Shown: positions 1-9,414, counted from the first letter of the stretch. The stretch is DNA of 24,293 nt from a virus (IMGVR_UViG_3300048598_000221:1-24293); one strand, 5' to 3'. Made by a program: numbers and translations. The notes: generated by a model from the sequence alone, not told the origin.

Positions 1-1
1 T

Positions 2-631
2 GGCGCCGAAACTATCGGGCAGGTATGGACGGAGTGGGTTCGAGATACATTCACCAACCACGATCTGAGTAGGCCTGGAAACATGGTTTGCTTCGCCTGC
101 CAGCATGCCTGCACTTACTACAGCGATGGGCTCAAAGAGAGAGCCGGCGGCAGCCGGATGATGAACTACAGCCACTTTGTTTTGAATGGGGAATGGACCG
201 CGATCTCGAAGGGCAATAAGCCGCAGATGTTGGGTCTACTACGCCAAACCCCGGAGGTTGCAATTTTTGCCCTGAGCGGCCAAAAGCATTTGGTTCTACG
301 GGCTCGGATTGGATGGTGGCAAATCGAGGAGCACGCCATCCGTCCAGATATGCCGAAATTCAACCACATTTATTCAGTCGTCGATGAACTATACCAAGGA
401 GGATTTTCAAAGACAGAGATCGAATCTGGAACTTATAGCCACCGAAGGGTCCTAGACTTTGGACTCGAACGCTGGATTGAGCTCGACGGGATTGTTAAAG
501 AGAGCAGATCGACGCCGGTGTTCGATCTTGCTTTGTTTCTAGTCACGAAACAGGAAGAGAAAGGCGAAAAGCATGGTGACACGCGACGAGTTGGTGAGCA
601 AACTTCTCTACCCTTGCTGGCGTGGGATTGA
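2..631 (+). CDS. csf1: Type IV-B CRISPR-associated large subunit Csf1 (Cas8-like), 5' partial
   Basis: Frame is open from base 2 (GAETIGQVWTEWVRDTFTNHDLSRPGNMVCFAC...), so the track start at 83 is internal; TFTNxD..CxxC Zn motif and later SGQKHL motif; directly upstream of cas11/csf2. Confidence 0.75.
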   Translation, partial: GAETIGQVWTEWVRDTFTNHDLSRPGNMVCFACQHACTYYSDGLKERAGGSRMMNYSHFVLNGEWTAISKGNKPQMLGLLRQTPEVAIFALSGQKHLVLRARIGWWQIEEHAIRPDMPKFNHIYSVVDELYQGGFSKTEIESGTYSHRRVLDFGLERWIELDGIVKESRSTPVFDLALFLVTKQEEKGEKHGDTRRVGEQTSLPLLAWD

Positions 632-1064
632 CGAATCGTACAAGTCGAAATATCGACAGACGATCTGGCAGCAGTTCGAAGACGCGATAAAGTCCGCCAG
701 CTACACGGATGATCTCGCTAAGTTCTGGGAGCGCCTATCGCGGCGGCTCTACTGCGCGCCGCGGGCGGCAGATTCGAGCGCGATCGCGGAGATCGTGAAT
801 AGTAACGACGGTGGAATTTTGCCGATGTTGCGCGAGCAGACCGGCATCCTCGTGCTGATGGTGCGGGTAGCGAACGACGCACGAAGAAGCGCCGCGCGGG
901 AGCAGCGCCTGGTGGATGAAGAGGTCGAACGCGAAGCGCGATCGGGTAGTTTATTCTCACAACCCTTGCCGGGCGAGTTGAGCGAAGACAACGAAAGGAC
1001 AGACGAAGGTGAAGACATACGAACTGAACGTGAAGCTAACGGCTCTCTCTTCGATTTCTCATAA
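573..1064 (+). CDS. cas11: Type IV-B small subunit (Cas11-like), helical
   Basis: 163 aa helical-looking protein (IWQQFEDAIKSASYTDDLAKFWERLSRRL) between csf1 and csf2, the small-subunit position in IV-B loci. Confidence 0.7.
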   Translation: MVTRDELVSKLLYPCWRGIDESYKSKYRQTIWQQFEDAIKSASYTDDLAKFWERLSRRLYCAPRAADSSAIAEIVNSNDGGILPMLREQTGILVLMVRVANDARRSAAREQRLVDEEVEREARSGSLFSQPLPGELSEDNERTDEGEDIRTEREANGSLFDFS

Positions 1065-1974
1065 CGGTGGAGAGAGTTTTGGAACGGCATCGAAGTTCCG
1101 CCGCATTAAAGTCGTTGACCCGTGCGGAACGGTAGTAGAAGTCCCGGAAGTCAGCGGCAATGCAATGCGCGGACTGCTGCGGGATCTGGTGCATTCCAAC
1201 CTTTGCCAGGCGCTCGGGTTTGGAGAAGACGGGAATGGGCTGACGCTTCCAGCGTTTCATTTCCTATTTTCCGGTGGAGGACTGAACGCGGCGAGTAACG
1301 GTCTTGACATTGATTACTACAAGCGGCTGCGAAACCTGCTTCCTACGGTATCGGTTTTCGGCGGAGGCGTGGGCAATGCGCTGCTTCCTGGAAAGCTGTG
1401 TTGCGGCGCCTTGATTCTGGTCTGCGCCGAAAATGCCGGGCGGCTACCTGAGATGTACAGAGAGTCGGCCGCGACAGGTCAGAGTTGCTGGACGTTCCTT
1501 CAAGAAGAGATGAACACACGGAAGGACGACAGTAAGAACCCGCAGCGGCAGAGCCTGCTCACTGCGATGGACCGTTTGATGTTGGAGGAATCGGAGCGCG
1601 CGAAAAAGGCAAAGCGCGACGCCGGCGACGACGTGGCGGGCGCGACCGGCGCGGCTACGCAGATGATGTACACGACCGAGACGCTGATCGCCGGTTCGAT
1701 TTTCTCCTGGCGCCTGGTGCTTCGGGATGTGACGGATGTGGAGTTTGAAGCATTTATGGTCGCGCTCGCGGAGCTCGCCAAGCACCCATACCTCGGGGGT
1801 AAATCTGGGACCGGGCATGGCCAAGTCCAGATGGAAATGCCGGACTGGCGCGAACTCGGCGTCGCGCTCGCGCCGACAGACTCCGCGGTCGCCTCGCCGC
1901 TGGGACGGCTATACAGCGAGCATCTGAAGGCAAACGCCGCATCTATCCGGCAGGTCCTGCGGGAAATGAAATGA
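1009..1974 (+). CDS. csf2: Type IV CRISPR backbone RAMP Csf2 (Cas7 family)
   Basis: RAMP motifs LTALSSISH, VPEVSGNAMRGLLRD, FLFSGG, VSVFGG and Gly-rich loop LGGKSGTGHG; GTG start. Confidence 0.9.
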   Translation: MKTYELNVKLTALSSISHNGGESFGTASKFRRIKVVDPCGTVVEVPEVSGNAMRGLLRDLVHSNLCQALGFGEDGNGLTLPAFHFLFSGGGLNAASNGLDIDYYKRLRNLLPTVSVFGGGVGNALLPGKLCCGALILVCAENAGRLPEMYRESAATGQSCWTFLQEEMNTRKDDSKNPQRQSLLTAMDRLMLEESERAKKAKRDAGDDVAGATGAATQMMYTTETLIAGSIFSWRLVLRDVTDVEFEAFMVALAELAKHPYLGGKSGTGHGQVQMEMPDWRELGVALAPTDSAVASPLGRLYSEHLKANAASIRQVLREMK

Positions 1975-2714
1975 AGGGACTGAAGCGGGAGCGCGCTCTG
2001 CTGCACGCGAGAACGAGTAGATTTCTTTCCGCGGTGGTCGCGGCGCGCCACAATGTTGACCAGGCGCTCCGGGCCTGCGCGACCTGGTATATCGCGCTCA
2101 GCGGCGGGAAGGACTCGACGGTTGTTCTGGATCTTGTTCGCAGCGCGTGTGCGGAAGTGCCCGCAACCCATTCACAACGACAATGGGAACTTCCGGAGAC
2201 GGCGGCTTATTTGAGCCGTGTCGGGAATGTCCGGCGCGTTTCCTACTTTGGTCTGGATGGAACTGACTGGGCGAGAAGCTGGGATTCAAAGGAGAGCGCG
2301 GAGCAGGCCGGCGTCGTATGGCTGGATGATGCTAATGCCATTGCCTGTCGGGGCGCAGTAGAGGATGGGGTTTTTCTTGGGCTCCGGGCCGATGAGAACG
2401 GCTACCGGCGTGTGCACCTAAGAACACTGGGCCCGCTGCATAACTTGAAGGGCACGAAGAAGTGGCATGCGAACCCGATCGCTTTTTGGTCGGTGTGGGA
2501 CGTCTGGGCCTATATCTACAGCCGGGGGATCGATTATAACCTCGCTTACGACCGTTTGGATGATCTGGGAATCGAGCCGGAGCGGCAGAGAATCGGTCCG
2601 CTCGCCGTAGAGCGCGCCTTGGGGTACGGACAGATCGCCATCCTGAAGCGGGGCTGGCCGGAGCTCTGGAATCGTTATGCGGCCGAACATCCGGAAGCGA
2701 GGCAGTATGCGTAG
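1971..2714 (+). CDS. cysH: CysH/PAPS-reductase-like PP-loop protein associated with type IV-B
   Basis: ALSGGKDS PP-loop, FLGLRADE, NPIAFWSVWDVWAYI; ATGA overlap with csf2 stop. Confidence 0.88.
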   Translation: MKGLKRERALLHARTSRFLSAVVAARHNVDQALRACATWYIALSGGKDSTVVLDLVRSACAEVPATHSQRQWELPETAAYLSRVGNVRRVSYFGLDGTDWARSWDSKESAEQAGVVWLDDANAIACRGAVEDGVFLGLRADENGYRRVHLRTLGPLHNLKGTKKWHANPIAFWSVWDVWAYIYSRGIDYNLAYDRLDDLGIEPERQRIGPLAVERALGYGQIAILKRGWPELWNRYAAEHPEARQYA

Positions 2715-3132
2715 TAGCCGATACAGCCTGCATGAGGAGGTGCTACTCACTGGCGGTTCTGCCGTTAGGCACTCGCCGGCCGCCTTGGGCCATCAAATCG
2801 GCAAGTCAGAGAGCGCAGTTTTGCACTGGTGGTGGAGATGGCATCAGTCACCGGCAGTGCGCTGGATGACGTCGGGACGGGCTGCGCGCGAGGCGGGAGT
2901 CAGCCAGCAGTATCTGACGGCGGAGGTTCGACGAGGACGGCTCCGGGCCTACCGGATGCCACCAAGGTCAGGAAATCGAACTGCCAGGACTTGGTGGCTG
3001 TTTGATTGGGAGGAAGTGGAAAGGTGGAAGCATGCGAGAGTACAGTCGTCTGCCGCGCGCCATCATGCGCCCGCTGCAAATTACAGCAATGTTGCAGTCC
3101 CCAGTGATCTCCGACGAGTCTCTGCCGATTGA
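2707..3132 (+). CDS. Helix-turn-helix DNA-binding protein (Xis/MerR-like domain)
   Basis: WMTSGRAAREAGVSQQYLTAEVRRGRLRA...WLFDWEEVERW matches the excisionase-like HTH pattern; ATG at 2707 overlaps the cysH end and the ORF fills the gap to csf3. Confidence 0.7.
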   Translation: MRSSRYSLHEEVLLTGGSAVRHSPAALGHQIGKSESAVLHWWWRWHQSPAVRWMTSGRAAREAGVSQQYLTAEVRRGRLRAYRMPPRSGNRTARTWWLFDWEEVERWKHARVQSSAARHHAPAANYSNVAVPSDLRRVSAD

Positions 3133-3745
3133 CGGAATTCTGCGGGCGGCGATGATGCGTGACGCTTACGGCGAACAAACTTACACGGTTGCCGGGGATG
3201 GCCGGGAACACGGTTCCGGTGTCAGCCTGCCAATTGCGCGTTGCGAAGAGCAGGGGCCGCAATGGTATTACGCGGCCTCGTGGGCGCAATGGCCGCAAGC
3301 GGTCGCGTATGGGAAGGATCACTGGAATAAACGGATCGACATGCCGCTTTCGGGGATGATCGACTTCACAGGGAAGCGCGGCCGCATCGAGGTGTCTTCG
3401 GGCAGATACAAGAGCTTCCATATGCCAGTGTTTTATCGGCACGCGCAGATTGTGTGGTGGTACGTCCTCGGGCATGCGCCGGCTTTACGCCTGATCCTTC
3501 CGCATTGCACGCATCTGGGAAAGAAAGTGTCGCAAGGATGGGGCAGTGTGCTGAGTTGGAGCGTCGACGAAATCGAGGCGGATCTCAGTGTGCGCCAGCG
3601 GTCGGGCGAGCCTAATAGGGCGATTCCGAGCCCGGCGGGCACCGTCTTGATCGGCTTCCGGCCATCGTACTGGAATCCGCAGAACCAGGCGCTTTGCGAG
3701 ATTCCGCCGTTGCGCGACGGCTGCGGATCTGAGGAGACAAACTGA
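3032..3745 (+). CDS. csf3: Type IV CRISPR RAMP Csf3 (Cas5 family)
   Basis: PLQITAMLQSPV, LPIDGIL, C-terminal Gly loop LGKKVSQGWGSV, RAIP and RPSYW; start either ATG 3032 (AAGGTGG upstream) or ATG 3065. Confidence 0.85.
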   Translation: MREYSRLPRAIMRPLQITAMLQSPVISDESLPIDGILRAAMMRDAYGEQTYTVAGDGREHGSGVSLPIARCEEQGPQWYYAASWAQWPQAVAYGKDHWNKRIDMPLSGMIDFTGKRGRIEVSSGRYKSFHMPVFYRHAQIVWWYVLGHAPALRLILPHCTHLGKKVSQGWGSVLSWSVDEIEADLSVRQRSGEPNRAIPSPAGTVLIGFRPSYWNPQNQALCEIPPLRDGCGSEETN

Positions 3746-4098
3746 TGGCGGTGTATATGCACACGCCCGCTCGGTACGACGGCGTCGACGGGCCGCGCTG
3801 CTTTCATGGTCGCGAGTTCAGCCATCTGTCGGCAGACACCGAGGAGGAGTTGCGCGCATACGCCTTCGCCGTCTGCCTGCCGTTGCGATGGCTCCAGGAT
3901 GCGGGCACGCCGTCGTTTCACTTCGACGTAACCGGGCAGTGGCTGAAGTTCTGCCTCCAGGATCATGCGGTGGAGAAAATCGACCGCCGGGAGTTCATCC
4001 AACGACTGCGAGCAAAGCGCGGCGAGCCGCGAACGGCCGAGCCGCCGGTGCCCGAGGCGGGCAGCTTCGATTTCGAATCGGGAGGCGAAGCAGAGTGA
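3745..4098 (+). CDS. DUF4031-like protein
   Basis: MAVY...SHLSADTEEELRAYA...WLQ...HFDVT pattern; TGATG coupling to csf3. Confidence 0.72.
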   Translation: MAVYMHTPARYDGVDGPRCFHGREFSHLSADTEEELRAYAFAVCLPLRWLQDAGTPSFHFDVTGQWLKFCLQDHAVEKIDRREFIQRLRAKRGEPRTAEPPVPEAGSFDFESGGEAE

Positions 4099-4283
4099 TC
4101 CTTCTGGCAACGAATCGCGGTGGCACTGTTGTCGATCGCCATGAGGAGACCGCGGCGGCCGAATGCTTCGAATGGATGGCCCAGCAGAAGGCGCAAGGGC
4201 GCATCCTGCACCGGGTGAGCGTGGAAGAGGCGGAGACAATCCGGAACGGGGCGCGCTACGTTCCGGAGAAGCACAAGGGATAG
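4095..4283 (+). CDS. Small hypothetical protein (62 aa)
   Basis: GTG at 4095 overlapping upstream TGA, GGAGG at 4081-4085. Confidence 0.6.
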   Translation: MILLATNRGGTVVDRHEETAAAECFEWMAQQKAQGRILHRVSVEEAETIRNGARYVPEKHKG

Positions 4284-4374
4284 AAAGCGCGCGGAGAGCG
4301 TTGAGAGACTCCGGCCGGTCGCCGAAAGTTTGGCGACCGAAGCGGCCGACCGGAGCGGAGCCCAAGGAGGGCCC

Positions 4375-4935
4375 ATGTCATTTTTGCAGAATCATACAGC
4401 GGCCTGGGAAACGGGGAACGCGGAAAGTGCTCGACGATTCCGACTGCTAGGATCCGGCGAACCTCGCAAGGTTTACGTTGCATCGAGTTGGCGCAATCAG
4501 ATCCAACCGGAAGTTGTCGCGCGGCTTCGCGCGGCCGGTCATAACGTCTATGACTTTCGCAATCCGAAACCGGAAGAGCATGGATTCTCGTGGTCGGAGG
4601 TGAATCCGGCCTGGCTGGGATGGACACCGGAGCAATTCATCGAAGACCTCTATTCGGGCCATCCAGCCATCGAGCGCGGCTTTTCGAACAATAAAGCGGC
4701 TCTGGACTGGTGCGACACCTGCGTCTGCGTGCTTCCGTGCGGGCGAAGCGCGCACTTGGAAGCCGGTTATGCGGCGGGACAGGGAAAGCTGGTGCTCTTC
4801 TTGCTCCAGCCCGAGGCCTTCGAGCCTGAACTGATGTATCTACTGGGGCACTATTGCGTGAGCTCGATTGACGAGCTGCTGAAGACGGTGGCCGAGGAAT
4901 GGGTTCTCGGCGAGCCGGAAGCTGAACGCGGCTGA
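4375..4935 (+). CDS. Nucleoside 2-deoxyribosyltransferase-like / nucleotide N-glycosidase fold protein
   Basis: KVYVASSWRN, ALDWCDTCVCVLPCGRSAHLEAGYAAGQGK (Glu of ExGY motif retained); AAGGAGG at 4364-4370 before ATG 4375. Confidence 0.78.
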   Translation: MSFLQNHTAAWETGNAESARRFRLLGSGEPRKVYVASSWRNQIQPEVVARLRAAGHNVYDFRNPKPEEHGFSWSEVNPAWLGWTPEQFIEDLYSGHPAIERGFSNNKAALDWCDTCVCVLPCGRSAHLEAGYAAGQGKLVLFLLQPEAFEPELMYLLGHYCVSSIDELLKTVAEEWVLGEPEAERG

Positions 4936-4947
4936 AGGGGCGCAGCT

Positions 4948-6789
4948 ATGAAGAAACCATGCGAACCACTCAGCGGCGAAATTGCGCCTGATGAACTGAT
5001 CGCCGATAACCGCGTCGACGGAGGACGCAGAGGACATCGCTCGATCGAGGAGAAGGACGGAATGACGGAAATGCAAACGAGCTCAATGGAAAGCACTGCG
5101 ATGCCACCGGTTCCGGCGACGCCTGCGCCGGCAGCCTACCGATTGGTCGCGATCGAAGAGATCGTGGAATCGGCGTGGAACCCTCGCCGCCATTATGATG
5201 AGGCCGCTCTGGCGGAACTCGCCGAGAGCATCCGTAAGCACGGCATCCTGACGCCACTACTAGTGCGCCCGGTGGCTGGAAGTCGGTTCGAGATTGCCGC
5301 CGGTCACCGGCGGTACCGCGCGGCGAAACTTGCAGGTCTTGTTCAACTGCGCGTGATCGCCCAGGAGATGAGCGATCGGGAATTCTGCGAAATCTTGACC
5401 ATCGAGAACCTGCAACGCGCCGACGTGCACCCGCTCGAAGAGGCTGAAGGGTATCAACGGCTGATCGAGATGTACGGCTACACTCCGGTCGCGTTGGCTG
5501 AACGAGTCGGCCGAAGTGAGAGCTATGTACAAAAGCGCCTGGTGCTTCCAAGGCTGATAGAGCCGCTGAAGGACGCGTTCCTGAAAGGCGAACTGGAGCT
5601 TGGGCACGCGTTGCTGCTTTGTCGGCTTCCGGAGCCAGACCAGCAGCGTGCACTCAAGGAAGCCCTATTTGAGGACGTCACGAAATGGGACCAGAGGACC
5701 GGCGCGCGGGTTCGGATGGGTAGGACTACCGCGTCAGTCAGCGAGCTGCGCGTTTGGATCGAGTCCGATGTGATGCTCGATCTCTCGACTGCGCCCTGGA
5801 ATCCCGAGGACTTGAAGCTTGTGAAGAAGGCCGGGCCGTGCACTCAGTGTGCAAAGCGGACCGGCAGCAATCTCACACTGTTCGATGATGCCAAGAAGGG
5901 TGATCACTGTCTCGATCGCGCCTGCTGGCACCAGAAGATGAACGCCAGCATTCAGCGGACGGAAGCGCAATTCAAGTCGGGCGGTAAGCCTCTCTTGAAG
6001 ATTTCCAGCCAGTACTCGAGCGAGAAAGGCGTCCTTTCGAATCACGAATACCACCGAGCTCTCGACGGCAAGAAGATAAAGAACTGCCCAAACCTCGAAA
6101 AGGCTTTGGTCGTCGACGGCCGGGATAAGGGGTTCGTGGTTGACATCTGCCGTACGACGTCTTGCGCGGTTCACTTCGACCAGCGATCGCACGGATACGT
6201 GGTTGCGAAGCGCGACAAACCATTCGCAGACATCTGGAAGGACAAGAAGACCCGTCTCGACGAGAGGATCGCCATTGAGCTCAAGCGCGAGCTGTGGCGC
6301 CAGGTAGTGCATGATGTCCCCGAGGAATTCAACCGGCCCGAGATGGAACTTGTCGGCCGCAAGCTCATCCAACGCGCCGGCCATGATGGACGCCAGGCGC
6401 TGTGCGGTGTCCTTTCGCTAGCGGGCGAGAAGCACAAAGAATACGCGGGCTACGATTTCGAGAAGCCGCTTGTCGCGCACATGGAGGCGTTGGCCGAGAA
6501 GGATCTTCCAGGGTTCCTCGTCGGACTATCGCTCTATGGAGCGCTTTGCTACGACGATGCGGATCTGATCACCGTCGCTGAGCTCTACGAGATCGACGTC
6601 AAGGCCGTTGAGGCGACGATCGCTGGCCCGCTGCGCGCCGACTTCGAAAAGAAGAAAGCGAAGGCAGCGGCCAGCCACGCTGCCAAGGAGAAAGTTGAAA
6701 AGGCGGCGGCGAAGAAAACAGCGCCCGCGGAGAAGACCACGAAGCGCAGAAAGAGCGCCCCGGCAGCCAAGAAGACGAAGGTCAGTTGA
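4948..6789 (+). CDS. Large ParB/RepB/Spo0J-family protein with Cys cluster and Lys/Ala-rich tail
   Basis: NPRRHYD, LAESIRKHGILTPLLVRP, AGHRRYRAA, ENLQRADVHPLEEA, HTH ALAERVGRSESYV; alternative start ATG 5062 with GAGGAG/AAGGA upstream. Confidence 0.9.
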   Translation: MKKPCEPLSGEIAPDELIADNRVDGGRRGHRSIEEKDGMTEMQTSSMESTAMPPVPATPAPAAYRLVAIEEIVESAWNPRRHYDEAALAELAESIRKHGILTPLLVRPVAGSRFEIAAGHRRYRAAKLAGLVQLRVIAQEMSDREFCEILTIENLQRADVHPLEEAEGYQRLIEMYGYTPVALAERVGRSESYVQKRLVLPRLIEPLKDAFLKGELELGHALLLCRLPEPDQQRALKEALFEDVTKWDQRTGARVRMGRTTASVSELRVWIESDVMLDLSTAPWNPEDLKLVKKAGPCTQCAKRTGSNLTLFDDAKKGDHCLDRACWHQKMNASIQRTEAQFKSGGKPLLKISSQYSSEKGVLSNHEYHRALDGKKIKNCPNLEKALVVDGRDKGFVVDICRTTSCAVHFDQRSHGYVVAKRDKPFADIWKDKKTRLDERIAIELKRELWRQVVHDVPEEFNRPEMELVGRKLIQRAGHDGRQALCGVLSLAGEKHKEYAGYDFEKPLVAHMEALAEKDLPGFLVGLSLYGALCYDDADLITVAELYEIDVKAVEATIAGPLRADFEKKKAKAAASHAAKEKVEKAAAKKTAPAEKTTKRRKSAPAAKKTKVS

Positions 6790-7497
6790 GTGCCGCGCCG
6801 ATTGTGGTCGCAAGACGAAGTGCGTCAGTTTGTAGCGCTGTACCCGCAGCGCGCGACGAAGGACATCGCCAAACTGCTGGGGCGGACCGTCTCTAGCGTA
6901 TACGGAATGGCCGAGAAGCTCGGGTGCGTGAAGTCGCCGGAGTTTCTTGCGAGCGAGGAATCCGGGCGATTCCGCAAGGGACAGTCACGGCCAGGCACGG
7001 AAGGGACGCAGTTTCAGAGAGGTCACGTGCCGGCGAACAAGGGTCTGCGACGACCTGGCTATGCTCCGGGCCGAATGAGGGAGACGCAATTCCAGCGTGG
7101 CAACCGCACTGGCGTGGCTGCCACGAACTGGGTGCCCATTGGGACGATCCGAACTGACGCGGATGGGTATCTCAGGATCAAAGTCAGAGACGCGGTGTAT
7201 GGCAAGGAGCCAACCGGCTACGGCAACGTGAGGGGCTGGCCGCTATACAGCCGTTGGCTGTGGGAGCAGCACCATGGTCCCATCCCGCCGAAACACATCG
7301 TCACGTTCAAGGACGGCGATCGGGCGCACTGCGTAATTGAAAACTTGGAGCTGTTATCTATGGCGGACAATGCCCGCCGGAACTCGATGTGGAGCACGCT
7401 TCCGCGCGAGCTGGCCGAACTGATCCAGTTGAACGGAGCTTTGAAAAGAAAGTTGAGAACAGCGAGTGGCAAAGAACAAAATCACAGACTTGCGTGA
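6790..7497 (+). CDS. Phage HNH endonuclease-like protein
   Basis: WEQHHGPIPPKHIVTFKDGDRAHCVIENLELLSMADNARRN; repeated TQFQRG motifs; N-terminal HTH-like segment. Confidence 0.8.
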   Translation: MPRRLWSQDEVRQFVALYPQRATKDIAKLLGRTVSSVYGMAEKLGCVKSPEFLASEESGRFRKGQSRPGTEGTQFQRGHVPANKGLRRPGYAPGRMRETQFQRGNRTGVAATNWVPIGTIRTDADGYLRIKVRDAVYGKEPTGYGNVRGWPLYSRWLWEQHHGPIPPKHIVTFKDGDRAHCVIENLELLSMADNARRNSMWSTLPRELAELIQLNGALKRKLRTASGKEQNHRLA

Positions 7498-7759
7498 CCA
7501 CCTCTTCGAAACTCTCGAGGCGCTGAAAGATCCTGACAATCCAATGGAACTGGATCGGGCCAAGGCGATCAGCGAGGTAGCGCAGACGATCATCAACGCG
7601 GCCAGAGTTGAGGTTGACCTGGTGAAGGCTATGAACGCGAGCGCTCCCGGCAGCGCTTCGTTCTTCAACCTGCCCGAGGAACATGGTGACCTGGCCAAGC
7701 TGCCCCCGGGCAATGAGCGATGGCGAAACCCTAGAATGCTGCGTACGAGGGAAGGCTGA
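7466..7759 (+). CDS. Phage hypothetical protein (helical)
   Basis: KNKITDLRDHLFETLEALKD...RAKAISEVAQTIINAARVE resembles small phage proteins that follow this HNH type. Confidence 0.75.
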   Translation: MAKNKITDLRDHLFETLEALKDPDNPMELDRAKAISEVAQTIINAARVEVDLVKAMNASAPGSASFFNLPEEHGDLAKLPPGNERWRNPRMLRTREG

Positions 7760-7766
7760 TTCGAAC

Positions 7767-8114
7767 GTGAGCGCACTACCGATCTCTGCGACCGCGTGCG
7801 GCGAACTGCTGCCTGGATGGGCTGAGGTAAAGCCCGGCCTCTACTGGCGCCGTGGTGAGCCCGGGGCGACCTACGCGGCTGTGACACTCGATTTGGCCAA
7901 GCCTGCGAATGCAGGCATCTATCTGGTCGCGTTCTACGCTCCGGACGGTACGGCCATTCAGCGTCGCCCGGTGGCAGGACTCGACAGGGCGCTGCAGATC
8001 GCCGACGCGCTCTATCGCGGCCATGGCACGCCCGCCGTTGTCGGTTGTGCGGCGCCCCGGCGAGAGGCCACGAGGGGCCGCAGCACGCTGCGATTTGATT
8101 GGGCGGTGGTGTGA
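7767..8114 (+). CDS. Hypothetical protein
   Basis: GTG at 7767 just after upstream stop with purine-rich SD-like GAGGGAAGG; TGATG coupling to next gene. Confidence 0.55.
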   Translation: MSALPISATACGELLPGWAEVKPGLYWRRGEPGATYAAVTLDLAKPANAGIYLVAFYAPDGTAIQRRPVAGLDRALQIADALYRGHGTPAVVGCAAPRREATRGRSTLRFDWAVV

Positions 8115-8356
8115 TGCGGCGACACGCTCGCAAGCCCATCTCGATGCACGGCGTTCCAGTGACGCCTGGCTCGGAGTGGATCATTAAGCGCCTGTGGGTG
8201 GATACGCGCATCAAGATCATCGCGCGGTGCCGGGACGGGCCGGGATGGTGGGCTTACGTGCTCGAGACGCGGGAGACCATCCGCGTGCGCCACGCCTGGC
8301 AGCTACTGCGGCCAGCGCGAGCGGAGGGCGAGATATTCAGCGATCGCCGCGACTGA
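8114..8356 (+). CDS. Hypothetical protein
   Basis: ATG overlapping upstream TGA; fills the gap before the replication gene. Confidence 0.55.
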   Translation: MRRHARKPISMHGVPVTPGSEWIIKRLWVDTRIKIIARCRDGPGWWAYVLETRETIRVRHAWQLLRPARAEGEIFSDRRD

Positions 8357-8383
8357 GGCGAAACGATCGCCGGAGAGAGTGAA

Positions 8384-9414
<1,031 letters not shown>

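Noticed and set aside
1971-2714. Auxiliary metabolic gene for sulfate assimilation, or a dnd phosphorothioation cluster
   Set aside because: No catalytic ECG(L/I)H motif, no other cys or dnd genes, and it sits inside a csf operon
4988-4994. CTGATGA hammerhead core motif near GAAA sequences
   Set aside because: Spacing leaves no room for stems I and III and no suitable stem II or cleavage triplet was found
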